Part shown: positions 45,401-55,708 of the stretch, in pieces | Position numbering within the stretch: position 1 is the first letter of the stretch | Layout of the letters: each line of letters begins with the position of its first letter | Assembly: GCA_041739995.1 (NCBI GenBank) | Contig: JBGSMV010000068.1 | Span: 1 to 64,000, forward strand | Reading direction: 5' to 3' | Source: Bdellovibrionota bacterium | GTDB lineage: Bacteria; Bdellovibrionota_C; UBA2361; JBGSMV01 | Length of the DNA stretch: 64,000 bases | Notes under the pieces: model-generated | What the model saw: only the letters and a program-made list of their open reading frames with translations | Database searches by the model: none | Told to the model about the DNA's origin: nothing | Position numbers and translations under genes: made by a program

Positions 45401-47983
45401 GTGGGTTTTAAAAGGTTTTTACATGCAGCTCTGGCAGGTTCTCTGCTGACCGCCTCGCATGCGCTTGCTCTTCCTATTGATAGTTTTGATGGAGCATTTC
45501 AACAGGCGCGTGCAGTAGGGGCCGATACGCTGGTACGGACAACGGCGGTTACTCCAGGAGTTATTGGTGGCCACAGGACGCTTGAAGCTCAGGTTACCGG
45601 AAATGGCATTGAGGTCTCGGCCTCAGTGATTGGCAGCTTATATGGACATGCCTCTTACTTCCTGACCGCTGGTCGCACGCTGATCGTGTGGGACGGTGAC
45701 AACGTCGAACCAGGCATTACCTATGATGGACTTGGTGGCGTAGACCTTCTCGATGACACTGCTTCGGCCTTCCGTTTCAGTCGCGTAAATTTCGATTTTC
45801 CACACTCTCAGCCAGCAGCAATCATTGTTACCGTATACTCTGGCAACGACAGCCAGCGCTTCTCGCGCGGGATGATTATCCTCGACAGAGTGTATGACGA
45901 CGAACACATCGATTTACCATTTTCTCAAATGACAACGTTAGGAGCGAGTGGGGCTGCTGACTTTACGACAGTTGGCGCCGTCACTCTCGAAGTGAATGGC
46001 GGTCCAAGTCTCGCGGTAGATCTTACCCTCGATTTATTTGGGACGAACGGGACCTGTGAGACCCTTTCTCCAGCTGGTTATCCGGCGTGCGCGACCCCGA
46101 CCCCCACCGCGTCACCGACTGCCACTAATACCGCTATTCCTACTGCAACAAATACCGCTCCGCCTACTGCTACGGTTACCAGAACAGCCACTGCGACGGC
46201 ATCGCGCACTGCGACCAGAACTCCCACAAGAACGGCGACGGCGACTCGAACGAACACGCCACTTCCGACAAGCACGGCAACAAGAACTCGCACACCGACC
46301 GCTTCGGCGACAGCTACGAACACCTCAACAGCGACCGCAACTGCCACGGCCACACCGACCGCAACACCTTATGTGAAAGTACTGGTCTCAGAGTTGTGCG
46401 TGGTGGGGACGTCACAAAAAACCCTTATCCAAGTAAGCAACCCGAATGGTTACCCGGTAGCATTCGAGTGGTACTACATTACGCAGCGCGGTAGCGTGGC
46501 TGTGCCTGCGAATGGCGTGGCCGAGTTCAGCGTTTTAAGGCTAACCACCAGTGCTAACGCTGCGGCTCCAGTAGTAATCCGAGTAGATGGGCAACCTGAC
46601 ATTCTGATTTATCCACGATTTCTAGCTTGTACGCCAACGCCAACCGCTACACCAACTCGAACAGCGACTTTTACCGCGAGTCCTACTTCAGCACCTACTT
46701 TGACACCGACCCGCACGGCCACCGCTACACGAACGCCGACAGTAACCAATACTTCCAGTGCAACGCCTACGAGAACTGCGACCGCCACGTCTACACCAAC
46801 TCGCACCGCAACATCGACGTCAACGACTGCGCCTACTCATACCGCCACGCTGACTCCAACTCACACAGCTACTTCGACCGCGACGCGCACACCGACATTT
46901 ACTGCTACCTCAGTGCCAACTTCGACTTTCACGAATACTGCCACGCCGACCTATACACCGACGAAAACGGCATCACCAATGCCCACATCGACGGTAACCT
47001 CGGTGCCGACTTCGACCTTCACTAGTACTGCGACACCGTCGGCCACGCCGAGCGCCACGTTTACTGCCAGTGCAACCGCGACCCATACAGTGACCGCGAC
47101 GGCCACAAGCTCTGCAACTCCAACATCGACTTCAACTCCTGAGCCTACTCATACAGCGACGCCGACCAGCACGGCTACGTCGACAGTGACTCATACTCCG
47201 ACATTCACCGCATCGCCGGTTCCTACAAATACCGCGACGTCTGTGCCGACTTCGACTTTCACCGCGACCCATACGCCAACTGCGGGTTCAACCGTGACAA
47301 GCGCTCCAACAAACACTGCCACGCCTACGGCGGTATCGGTACCCAGCTTGACCCCAACTCAAACGGTAGATTCGACACCAACGCCTGAACCGAGCGTTGA
47401 GCCGACTGAAACGGCTTCTCCAACACCGACTGCTCCCGATGGTGGGATTTGCACCAGTGACATCGATGTTTGTGGAATATGTGGTGGTTTTGAGACCGAC
47501 GTTCTGCGCTGTTCCTCGATCCCGCCAAACTGCGCATTGGTTCCGCCGACTAAGCAAATGAAGCAGATTGCGAAGAGTGTCCGTGTTGCTTCGAATGGAA
47601 TTCGAGGCAGACTCTTGAGTGATGTTCGTCGTGCCAGATCAACCAATGAGTGCGGTAGGGTTGCTAATGCGAAGGCCTACAAGCCGATTCTCGCGCTGCT
47701 TAAATCCGCTAACTCTCGCGTGAAGCGAAATGTCTTAAAATCTGTGCTGGTCTGTGATGGCAAGTGCCTTACGGTAAGTTTTGCGCGAGAAGTGAAGAAC
47801 ATACGAAAAGTGTTGTCAAAGTCTGCAGCAAGATCGCAGAAGTATGCACGTAAGGTTGTGGCATGTGCCACCGCTAGTCGACAAGACAGCGGAAGGACGG
47901 ACGGCCCGCGTACTGAGGACGCGCTTGATAAGATCGTAAAAGACACCAAGAAGATCGTGTCGCATTGTAAGGTCTGCGGCTAG
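45401..47983 (+). CDS. Secreted Thr/Pro-rich (mucin-like) multidomain protein
   Basis: Signal peptide, globular N-domain, two long T/P/A/S tracts, DVCGICGG motif and a basic Cys-containing C-domain. Confidence 0.85.
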   Translation: MGFKRFLHAALAGSLLTASHALALPIDSFDGAFQQARAVGADTLVRTTAVTPGVIGGHRTLEAQVTGNGIEVSASVIGSLYGHASYFLTAGRTLIVWDGDNVEPGITYDGLGGVDLLDDTASAFRFSRVNFDFPHSQPAAIIVTVYSGNDSQRFSRGMIILDRVYDDEHIDLPFSQMTTLGASGAADFTTVGAVTLEVNGGPSLAVDLTLDLFGTNGTCETLSPAGYPACATPTPTASPTATNTAIPTATNTAPPTATVTRTATATASRTATRTPTRTATATRTNTPLPTSTATRTRTPTASATATNTSTATATATATPTATPYVKVLVSELCVVGTSQKTLIQVSNPNGYPVAFEWYYITQRGSVAVPANGVAEFSVLRLTTSANAAAPVVIRVDGQPDILIYPRFLACTPTPTATPTRTATFTASPTSAPTLTPTRTATATRTPTVTNTSSATPTRTATATSTPTRTATSTSTTAPTHTATLTPTHTATSTATRTPTFTATSVPTSTFTNTATPTYTPTKTASPMPTSTVTSVPTSTFTSTATPSATPSATFTASATATHTVTATATSSATPTSTSTPEPTHTATPTSTATSTVTHTPTFTASPVPTNTATSVPTSTFTATHTPTAGSTVTSAPTNTATPTAVSVPSLTPTQTVDSTPTPEPSVEPTETASPTPTAPDGGICTSDIDVCGICGGFETDVLRCSSIPPNCALVPPTKQMKQIAKSVRVASNGIRGRLLSDVRRARSTNECGRVANAKAYKPILALLKSANSRVKRNVLKSVLVCDGKCLTVSFAREVKNIRKVLSKSAARSQKYARKVVACATASRQDSGRTDGPRTEDALDKIVKDTKKIVSHCKVCG

Positions 47984-48022
47984 CCTGCAGTAACACCGAG
48001 CTACTCTCTGGATACTTCTTGG

Positions 48023-48322
48023 CTATTTCTTGAATAGGTCATCAAGTTTTGAAAGGGGTGGCGTCTTTGGTCCTTTAGCCGCGCCTGGTCCTTCCTTGCC
48101 GCTACGAAATGAGAAGAAATCACAAAAGTTACTGCGGTCCTTTTCGACGACGCGTTCAGCCTGGTTCTCTCGACATCCGTTGTAGGCATTTAAATCGTAG
48201 TGGATGCAATTCTTGCAGCAGTGCAGGTCAGCATTGCATTTGTCACAGCATTCGGTACGACCGACCCGTGACGTTGCGGAGAGTGTCTGGGCAGCCCCAC
48301 ACTTGAAGCAGGAATACGCCAT
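48023..48322 (-). CDS. Small Cys-rich putative metal-binding protein
   Basis: CFKC, CDKC, CKNC, GCRE, NFCDFF; AGGT RBS. Confidence 0.8.
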   Translation of the reverse strand: MAYSCFKCGAAQTLSATSRVGRTECCDKCNADLHCCKNCIHYDLNAYNGCRENQAERVVEKDRSNFCDFFSFRSGKEGPGAAKGPKTPPLSKLDDLFKK

Positions 48323-48685
48323 AAGTCACCTATTGATTGAGCAGTTAGCCAGCTCGGAGAAGAAGAGCCGGCGGGAGCTAGCAGGCGGTGGAGAAAAGGG
48401 CTTCGGCACGTCCACGAGGGGGCTCCGGCAGTAAAGGTCAGGGTAAAGAGCGCGCGCTAAGCAAATGCGAAGAGAGTCCATAATATCTCGCCGATGGAGG
48501 GAAGTGGCAGGGAGAGCCTAAGCGAATGCGTTATTGAAAGAAAGCCAAGGAATCACGTAAGCTAACCATCAAGGCCGCTGCGTGCCTAACAGGGTGCTGC
48601 GTTGTTTCCAGAATATAAGGTCCTTATAAATCGCCAGGAAAAGCACCCGGCAGAGATTGATATCACAACCAATTTGGACATTCGA

Positions 48686-50002
48686 ATGCATTCTAGTACC
48701 GAACAGAAGAGCTCTCCGACGCGATTTGCAAATGTAATTTCTGCACCAGAGGTGGCATGGACCGTGGTTGATCATTTGCGCTGGCTGGTGCGGGTTTTTG
48801 TTTCCTCTGGCTGGCGCTTTTTTTGGGAGGATGGTTTTTCTAAAGCGGCTTCATTGGCCTACACCTCTCTGCTCTCTCTGGTTCCTTTCACGGTGGTTGC
48901 GTTTGGATTGCTTGCGTCATTTGCAACTTCGACTGAGTATATCGGGCGCGCGCGTGAGTTCCTATTCAAGCAGTTTGTTCCTGACGATGCTTTTGTTAAT
49001 GATGTACTTATATATATTGAAGACTTCAGCGCGGCCGCTTCGCAGTTCAATGTTACCTTCATACTCTTTCTCGTACTCACGGCACTCATGCTGATTAATT
49101 CTGTGGAGTACGCGCTGAACGCAATTTGGCAGGTGTACGACGCGAGGCGCTGGTCTGAACGTATTGCCATTTTTAGTGCCATTATTCTAGTTGCTCCTCC
49201 GATGCTGCTTAGTGGCTATTACTTCTATGAGAAGTTTATGCCTTCGGATGTCGCGGCCGAGGCGGGGGCGTTGAGTCAGCTTTATCGAGTGGTGTTGCCG
49301 TATTTCTTTGACTGGTTGGCCTTTGTGGCCTTGTACTTTCTAGTGCCAAAGGCCCCGGTCCGATGGTGGTCTGCAGCCTTTGGCGCCCTGATCGCAGCGA
49401 TGTTATTCAACCTCGCAAAGGTGGGGTTTGCGGTGTATCTCAGAGATTTCGCCGCCTATAGCACTCTCTATAAGTCCATCGCGGCCATTCCGGTCTCGCT
49501 AGTCTGGTTGTATCTTGCTTGGATTATCTTGCTCTTTGGCGCGGAAATTTCTTATCAGTTTCAGTATCTCCCGCGGCATGGTCGTTTGTTGAAGCGTTCG
49601 GTGCTAAGCATCGGAGATGCCCGGCTGCTGCTCGCCATGCAGGTGTTGGTGTTACTTCAGCGAGCGTTTCGGTCAGGTGGCGAGATGCCAAGTGATATCG
49701 AGATTGCTGAGAGACTTGGCTGTTCGACTCTCGTTCTTAAGCCAACCATCCACGCACTCGAGAAGGGGGGGATACTCACGCGGGGCGATTCTCGTGAGAT
49801 GCCAGTGGTGCTTTTGAAGAGCGTCGACCGCATTAGTATAGCAGAGGTCCGTGAGGCGCTTTTTGGGGCTGGTCCGGGAATTCATTTTCCCAGAGCGATG
49901 TCTAAGTTGTTTTTTGCACTGAGTCAGGAGCGAGATCCCAAGGAGGTCATGTTGGCTGAATTGATCGCGGCTGAGAATGAAGAAGAGGTGAAGAGTGAGT
50001 AG
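48686..50002 (+). CDS. YihY/BrkB family inner-membrane protein with C-terminal winged HTH
   Basis: AASLAYTSLLSLVP, IP..LVWLYLAWIILLFGAE, Rrf2-like EIAERLG..LVLKP....LEKGGIL. Confidence 0.88.
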   Translation: MHSSTEQKSSPTRFANVISAPEVAWTVVDHLRWLVRVFVSSGWRFFWEDGFSKAASLAYTSLLSLVPFTVVAFGLLASFATSTEYIGRAREFLFKQFVPDDAFVNDVLIYIEDFSAAASQFNVTFILFLVLTALMLINSVEYALNAIWQVYDARRWSERIAIFSAIILVAPPMLLSGYYFYEKFMPSDVAAEAGALSQLYRVVLPYFFDWLAFVALYFLVPKAPVRWWSAAFGALIAAMLFNLAKVGFAVYLRDFAAYSTLYKSIAAIPVSLVWLYLAWIILLFGAEISYQFQYLPRHGRLLKRSVLSIGDARLLLAMQVLVLLQRAFRSGGEMPSDIEIAERLGCSTLVLKPTIHALEKGGILTRGDSREMPVVLLKSVDRISIAEVREALFGAGPGIHFPRAMSKLFFALSQERDPKEVMLAELIAAENEEEVKSE

Positions 50003-51236
50003 TGAGGTTTCAATACATTCGCTGGCGAATGGTCTTACTGTTTTAGTTGAGCCGATGACCGATTTTGAGTCGGTTGCCTGGGCACTCCAGATTCCAGGAG
50101 GTATCGCCTATGATGCGCCTAATAGGGTCGGTGCCGCTCTGTTGCTCTCTGAATTGACCACCAGGGGTGCGGGAGGCCTTAGCTCGCGTGAGATTTCAAA
50201 TGCGTTCGATGAGAAGGGCATTAGACACGGCGAGGGAGTAGGGCACGAGCACTTCTCCTATCGTGGAACTTGTCTCTCGCAGCATCTTCCGGAGGTCATC
50301 CGACTGACATCGTTGATGGTGCGCGAACCAACGCTGCCCGAAGATGAGGTAGACAGCATCCGCAGTGTGCTCCTCCAGGACATCGCGGCGCAACGCGATA
50401 ATCCAGTTCGAAGGACGCAAGTGAAGCTGGCAGAGCGCTACTATCCTGCGCCGTTTAATCGTCCTGGAATTGGCACTGTTGAAGGAATCGAGCCGGTATC
50501 GATTGAAGAGCTACGTAGGATGCACGCGCAGGCTTTTTGTGCTAAGGGCTGTATCTTGTCGGTGGCTGGAAGCTGCTCTGTGGAGCAAGTGTTGCGTGAG
50601 GTGGAACTTCGCTTCGGTTCTTGGTCGGGCGCTGCATTAGAACGACTTCCTTTCGGCGCGATTCAGCCATTCTCGCGCTATCATGAGCAAGAGGACGCAG
50701 CTCAATTGCAGATAATGTTAGCCTACCCCTCGGCTCCCTTTGGCTCACCGCACTACTATGCGGCTAAGGTTGCTGTTCAAGTGCTCTCAGGTGGAATGTT
50801 TGGAAGACTGTTCGTCGAAGTGCGAGAGAAGCGTGGGCTAGTCTACAGCGTGTATGCCTCCCATGTTGGTCAACGAGAATACGGAACAATTACTGCCTAC
50901 GCAGGAACCACTCCTGATCGCGCGCATGAAACCTTTGATGTGTTGCTGGGAGAACTTTCTCGATTGAAGGGCACTGTGACCGAAGGGGAACTCGTGAGGG
51001 CGAAGGTGAATCTCAAGTCCTCGCTTGTGCTTGGACAAGAAGGTCCAGGAAGTAGGGCTGGCTCAAACGGACACGAATATTGGTTAGATGGTCGAGTGCG
51101 CAGTCTTGAGGAAATTATTGGAGCAATTGAGGGCGTCGACATCGCTGCCGTGGACGCATGTCTTGAAGCCTACCCACCAAAAGAATTCAGTATGGTGACA
51201 TTGGGCGCGCGAGACCTTTCCACAGAGCCGTCATGA
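49995..51236 (+). CDS. M16 peptidase, non-catalytic subunit
   Basis: LANGL.V, GGMFGRLFVEVREKRGLVYSV; lacks HxxEH. Confidence 0.88.
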   Translation: MSSEVSIHSLANGLTVLVEPMTDFESVAWALQIPGGIAYDAPNRVGAALLLSELTTRGAGGLSSREISNAFDEKGIRHGEGVGHEHFSYRGTCLSQHLPEVIRLTSLMVREPTLPEDEVDSIRSVLLQDIAAQRDNPVRRTQVKLAERYYPAPFNRPGIGTVEGIEPVSIEELRRMHAQAFCAKGCILSVAGSCSVEQVLREVELRFGSWSGAALERLPFGAIQPFSRYHEQEDAAQLQIMLAYPSAPFGSPHYYAAKVAVQVLSGGMFGRLFVEVREKRGLVYSVYASHVGQREYGTITAYAGTTPDRAHETFDVLLGELSRLKGTVTEGELVRAKVNLKSSLVLGQEGPGSRAGSNGHEYWLDGRVRSLEEIIGAIEGVDIAAVDACLEAYPPKEFSMVTLGARDLSTEPS

Positions 51237-51317
51237 GATTGGTCTCCATGGTCAGAGCTCTTTTCAGATCCGAGCCCCTATTCAGATCCGAACCGTGTCA
51301 AATATCGAGGTTATCTA

Positions 51318-52538
51318 ATGGCTGAAGCACCTTTTCTATTTCATACCCAAGCAAACGGGTTGCAGGTAATCGCGCAACCATCATCAGTGCGCAAGAGCGC
51401 TGCCGTCGGATTTTTTGTGAAGACTGGAGCTCGAGACGAGACCTCCGAAGAGTCCGGTGTGTCACATTTTCTTGAGCACATGTTGTTTAAGGGGACGCCG
51501 TCTCGTTCCGCCATCGAGATAACATTCGAGATGGGGAGTATTGGTGCACAAGCAAATGCCTTCACCTCTGAGGAGAACACCGTGTACTACGGCGCGGTGC
51601 TGCCTGAGTTTGTTCCAAAGATGATTGAGATCTTGTCAGATATGATGCGCCCGGCACTGCGACAAGAAGATTTTGATACCGAGAAGCAAGTAATTCTCGA
51701 AGAAATTGCGCTCTATCAAGACCGACCGCATTTTTATCTCTTCGAACACGCTACGAGAGACTTTTTTGATGGCCATCCGGCAGGAAACTCCGTACTTGGA
51801 AGCCCTGAGTCTATCAAAGCGTTAACTCGCGATCAGATGCAGCACTATTTCGATAGGCGCTATGCTCCGAATAACATTGCATTGGTAGCGACTGGCAACG
51901 TGAATTTTGAACAGTTAGTCGCCGACGCAGAGCGCTACACCGGAGCATGGTCTCGAATGGACTGCGGTCGAACGGCCAGCTCCTACCGCTCAAAGGGAAT
52001 AAAGCGCGACTATCGCAAAAAGAACTTGCATCAAAGCCATGCGCTGTTGATCACTGAATCGGCTTCTGTCAGCGATCCGGAGAGATTCGCCTTGGCGACG
52101 GTGGCACACATGCTGGGAGATTCCACGGGATCGCGTCTTTATTGGGACTTGATTGATTCAGGTCTTGCTGATTCAGCGGGTGCGGACACAGAAGAGCGTG
52201 ACGGCACGGGGACATTCTCGGTGTATGCCAGCACAGTCCCGGAGCGTCTGGCTGAGGTTAAGGGGATTATCCAGCGCGCGGCTTCGGAGCTAAGGAACTT
52301 CTCCGATCAGGATCTTGAGCGCGCTCGCACCAAGATTATCGCGCGTATGGTTCAGTCAAATGAACTGCCGATGGGGCAGTTGATGGCGCTCGGTATCGAG
52401 TGGAATCAGCGTAAGCAGGTAGAAACTCTCCAAGAGACCATCGCTCACTTCGAGGCGGTGAATCGGAAGTCCATTGAGAAGGCGCTTGAACGTTTTCCTT
52501 TGGCCAAGTGGAGTGAGTTCTCGCTTGTCTCTGAGTAA
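51318..52538 (+). CDS. M16 zinc peptidase, catalytic subunit
   Basis: GVSHFLEHMLFKGT, NAFTSEE.TVYY, EKQVILEEI. Confidence 0.92.
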   Translation: MAEAPFLFHTQANGLQVIAQPSSVRKSAAVGFFVKTGARDETSEESGVSHFLEHMLFKGTPSRSAIEITFEMGSIGAQANAFTSEENTVYYGAVLPEFVPKMIEILSDMMRPALRQEDFDTEKQVILEEIALYQDRPHFYLFEHATRDFFDGHPAGNSVLGSPESIKALTRDQMQHYFDRRYAPNNIALVATGNVNFEQLVADAERYTGAWSRMDCGRTASSYRSKGIKRDYRKKNLHQSHALLITESASVSDPERFALATVAHMLGDSTGSRLYWDLIDSGLADSAGADTEERDGTGTFSVYASTVPERLAEVKGIIQRAASELRNFSDQDLERARTKIIARMVQSNELPMGQLMALGIEWNQRKQVETLQETIAHFEAVNRKSIEKALERFPLAKWSEFSLVSE

Positions 52539-52550
52539 AGGAGTGTTTCT

Positions 52551-53528
52551 GTGAGAGTCTCCAGCTCTGCTGTTTCATCATTTGTGTTTCGGGCCCTTGC
52601 GTTGGTTCTTGCATCTTCGATTCTTATCGCAGCACCGTTTAACAGAGTGAGTGCCTTATCAGACCCTTTGGAGGCTCATGCGGTTCCTTCGTCGATGGAA
52701 GAGGATGCGAGCTCGACGGACCTTCGATTTGTTCGATTGTCAAAAGACGACAAGGGCGAGCCTCTCTCTTTGGATACTGCCATTATTACTTTGGAGCTCC
52801 CAAACGGGGGGAGTGGCGATCCCGTGTCTGACGAAGCTCCGGTTCAAGTGGCGCTCGTGTCAGCAGTGCACATTGGCGAGTCTGCATACTATTCAGCGTT
52901 GAATGAAAAATTCCGTAGTTACGATGCGGTTCTGTTCGAGCTGGTCGCGGAAGCTAACGTGCAGCAGCGCGAAGATATTAAGTCCGGTGGGGACCATCCT
53001 GTCTCGGTATTGCAGAAAGGGTTGCAGAATCTATTGAAGCTCGACTTTCAGTTGACCGCGATTGACTATAAGGCGCCAAACATGGTGCATGCTGATATGA
53101 CCCCGGCGCAACTTTCAAAGTCGATGGCTGCGCGCAATGAATCCTTGGGCAGCTTGTTGTTGCGCGCTACGGCCGCAGGAATGGCTCGCGATGCGAGAGG
53201 AGGGGGCAAGCCGCCTGATCTTAGTAGTCTCTTTTTGTTAATTTTCGATGACACCAGAGCCATGGGGTTGAGACGAATTCTCGCTAGCGAGTTTAGCGGC
53301 ATGGATGAATTGTTAGAAACACTCAATGGTCCCGAGGGCAGTGCTATTCTGACTGATAGAAACGCGGTAGCGCTCAGCAAGATGTCTGAGGCGATAGAGG
53401 GCGGAAAGCGCAAGATTGCGATCTTCTACGGAGGGGCGCACATGCCTGATCTTTTGCAGCGGATTCAAACTTCCTATGGTGCTCGTCCAGTGTCCACAGA
53501 GTGGCTCACCGCATGGCGGCTTCAATAA
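52551..53528 (+). CDS. Exported hypothetical protein (TraB/GumN-like motifs)
   Basis: Signal peptide; AVHIGE..YY, YDAVLFELV, HADM, DRN, IFYGGAHM. Confidence 0.7.
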   Translation: MRVSSSAVSSFVFRALALVLASSILIAAPFNRVSALSDPLEAHAVPSSMEEDASSTDLRFVRLSKDDKGEPLSLDTAIITLELPNGGSGDPVSDEAPVQVALVSAVHIGESAYYSALNEKFRSYDAVLFELVAEANVQQREDIKSGGDHPVSVLQKGLQNLLKLDFQLTAIDYKAPNMVHADMTPAQLSKSMAARNESLGSLLLRATAAGMARDARGGGKPPDLSSLFLLIFDDTRAMGLRRILASEFSGMDELLETLNGPEGSAILTDRNAVALSKMSEAIEGGKRKIAIFYGGAHMPDLLQRIQTSYGARPVSTEWLTAWRLQ

Positions 53529-53601
53529 TCACGGAACTATGGCTTGATGGCGCTTTCGTGGCTTCTCGCTATCTGTACAGGGGGCTTCTAAGTTGGTTCG
53601 C

Positions 53602-53793
53602 TCAATCATCCTCGAGTAACCTACATGCTTCGCCAATAAATGGTTGCGGAGGGTGAGCCGCCCGTATTTTATTCCAGTAGGGGAGCATCTTTTCACAGAT
53701 CTGTATCATCTCGGAAACAGAATATCGGGGAGGTTCAGACAGAAAGTCCGAAGCTTCAGGCAGATTTAAAATGTCTGAGTCCTTAAGGGCCAT
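53602..53793 (-). CDS. Small hypothetical protein
   Basis: 63-aa ORF in an intergenic gap with GAG upstream and protein-like composition. Confidence 0.45.
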   Translation of the reverse strand: MALKDSDILNLPEASDFLSEPPRYSVSEMIQICEKMLPYWNKIRAAHPPQPFIGEACRLLEDD

Positions 53794-53904
53794 AACTTAC
53801 TCTTCTGGCCTCAGGGCATCATGGATCCCGACTCGCTGCCCAAGAGGTGCGTCGCCACAGGAAAAGCCCCTCCTATACGGCAGTTGAGACTAGGGCGACC
53901 CCGC

Positions 53905-54810
53905 CTAAAAGGAAGCCGAACAATCCAAGGTGGTAGTCTCGTCTTCTGAAGCAAGCGTCACGGAACTGATCGCTCCAGCCTCAATCGCGACGCTCCCTTC
54001 AAGAGTCGAGGTCTCGTCCACTCCATCGATGCTGATGGTTGCCTCGGCGCTGGCGTCGATAGTCTCGTCTGATTCGCCGGTGGGGATGCTTGCGAGGGTG
54101 ACTGTCGCGGATACGTCGGCCTCGGTCTCTTCATCCTCGCTGAGCGCTTCAAATGAGAGCAGGATCGTGTCATTTCCTTTCTGAGCGGACTCTGTCTTGT
54201 TCGCTTGATAGAGGCTTCCTACCTCTTCGCTGTCTGCTGCCACGGTGAGCGTGCAGTCGAGAGTTTGTACAAGGTCACTGGCAAACGAAGCACCGTTTAA
54301 CACGGTGGTGAATTGGCGATTCGGGTGCAGCATTGTAGCGACAACCGTATAATTAAAAGGCTGAGTCGCATCTTCTGGAGTCACATCAACGCCCACGGGG
54401 CCGTCGAGTTCAACCGATCGTATTTGGGAGGATAGAAGTCGTTGATTTACAAAAAAATCAAAGCGAATCGGGTATTCTTTATATTCATGACTGGCAACCT
54501 CGGCGTACGCCAAAAGCTTTACGCGCTCTCCGCCTTCTGAAGAAGAGGGTAGAGAAACAATCCGTACGGATAGAGTAGGGTCTCGATCCTTTTTGTCGGT
54601 GTAGCCGCTTATACCTTCGGTGGTAAGAGTAATAGAGGAGCCTTCTGGGAAGGTTTCTTCCTGGGCCTGTAGGTTCAGGGCGCCAATGGAGGATATCGCC
54701 ACCGCGTGAATCAGTCCGACTACTAAGGCTCTCCTGAATGTCGCGCTTCCGAAAGCTAGGTTTCTACTAACGAGGGCCTTAGAGGTTGATCGTTGGACTG
54801 AACTGTTCAT
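53905..54810 (-). CDS. Exported acidic beta-rich hypothetical protein
   Basis: AAGGAG RBS, signal-like N-terminus, D/E/S/T-rich. Confidence 0.75.
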   Translation of the reverse strand: MNSSVQRSTSKALVSRNLAFGSATFRRALVVGLIHAVAISSIGALNLQAQEETFPEGSSITLTTEGISGYTDKKDRDPTLSVRIVSLPSSSEGGERVKLLAYAEVASHEYKEYPIRFDFFVNQRLLSSQIRSVELDGPVGVDVTPEDATQPFNYTVVATMLHPNRQFTTVLNGASFASDLVQTLDCTLTVAADSEEVGSLYQANKTESAQKGNDTILLSFEALSEDEETEADVSATVTLASIPTGESDETIDASAEATISIDGVDETSTLEGSVAIEAGAISSVTLASEDETTTLDCSASF

Positions 54811-55105
54811 GTAAAACTCCTTTCACTTTCTCGTAAGATTCAAAAACCACATCTACTTCAGAGCCCTAGAGACGGCGATCCGTAACTGGGGGGCCGCGAT
54901 ATTTATAGGCACCTCGCCTCTGTGTCGCGCGGCGACGAGCCACAAGGCTCTATAGTGCCGCAGAGCTTAGGGTTACAGGAAGATGCTTTCCCATTAGGCG
55001 AGACTCCTGCACCATAGAATTTCAGTAAATCGCCCCATTCTCTATTTAATGTCGCGTGAGAGACTGGCGGTCTGGGTTTGATGCGAGACTTTTTAACCCC
55101 TTTTC

Positions 55106-55708
55106 ATGACAAATAGCAGTTTGTTTAGAATATCGTTTTGTTTTGCTGTTTCAGCGTTCGTAGCCACTTTTATGAGTGGATGCTTTTTGTTGACGCCCAA
55201 AGAGGAGCCCGATCCTAAACTTGCATTAACTGCGCGCACCAAGCCGCTATCTCCAGAAGAGAGTCAGGAACTTTTAGGTGAAGTTGGTGATAACTTCATC
55301 TATGGGCAAGGCGTGGGGGAGGCAGCCTTGAACGTCGGTGCAGTAGCTGCGTTTCCTCCTTATGCGATAGTAGTGATAGGCAACACCGCGCTCTCTCTTT
55401 CTGGTTACGAGAAAATCGGAGTGTCAACTGCACTTCCTGAAGAAGAGCGCAGTTGGTGGAGCGATGCGTACGACGGGGTATTATCTGGGCCAGGGCGTTT
55501 GGTTGCAGCGATTGCGGGTGAAGAGTATCGAACGAAGGAAGTTGCCAAGCAGCGTCTTGCGCCGTTCATCTCTGAGCCGGAAAAGGGCAAAGGAGAAAGC
55601 GGCACTGAACAAACGGTTGCGGTAGAGTCCGGAACTCTAGAAACGAATCCGGTCGTGTTGGATTCTGCACAGAAGTCTCAGGATCAAGAATTTGAAGGGG
55701 GAAGATAA
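55106..55708 (+). CDS. Hypothetical lipoprotein
   Basis: Signal ending MSGC; stop codon overlaps the nadK start. Confidence 0.7.
   Translation: MTNSSLFRISFCFAVSAFVATFMSGCFLLTPKEEPDPKLALTARTKPLSPEESQELLGEVGDNFIYGQGVGEAALNVGAVAAFPPYAIVVIGNTALSLSGYEKIGVSTALPEEERSWWSDAYDGVLSGPGRLVAAIAGEEYRTKEVAKQRLAPFISEPEKGKGESGTEQTVAVESGTLETNPVVLDSAQKSQDQEFEGGR

Noticed and set aside
46078..47430. DNA repeat array or antisense Val/Ala-rich ORFs
   Set aside because: Explained by the Thr/Pro codons of the + strand protein; the antisense ORFs are shadows.
49995..52538. M16 pair as a novel system
   Set aside because: A catalytic plus non-catalytic M16B gene pair is a well-known arrangement.
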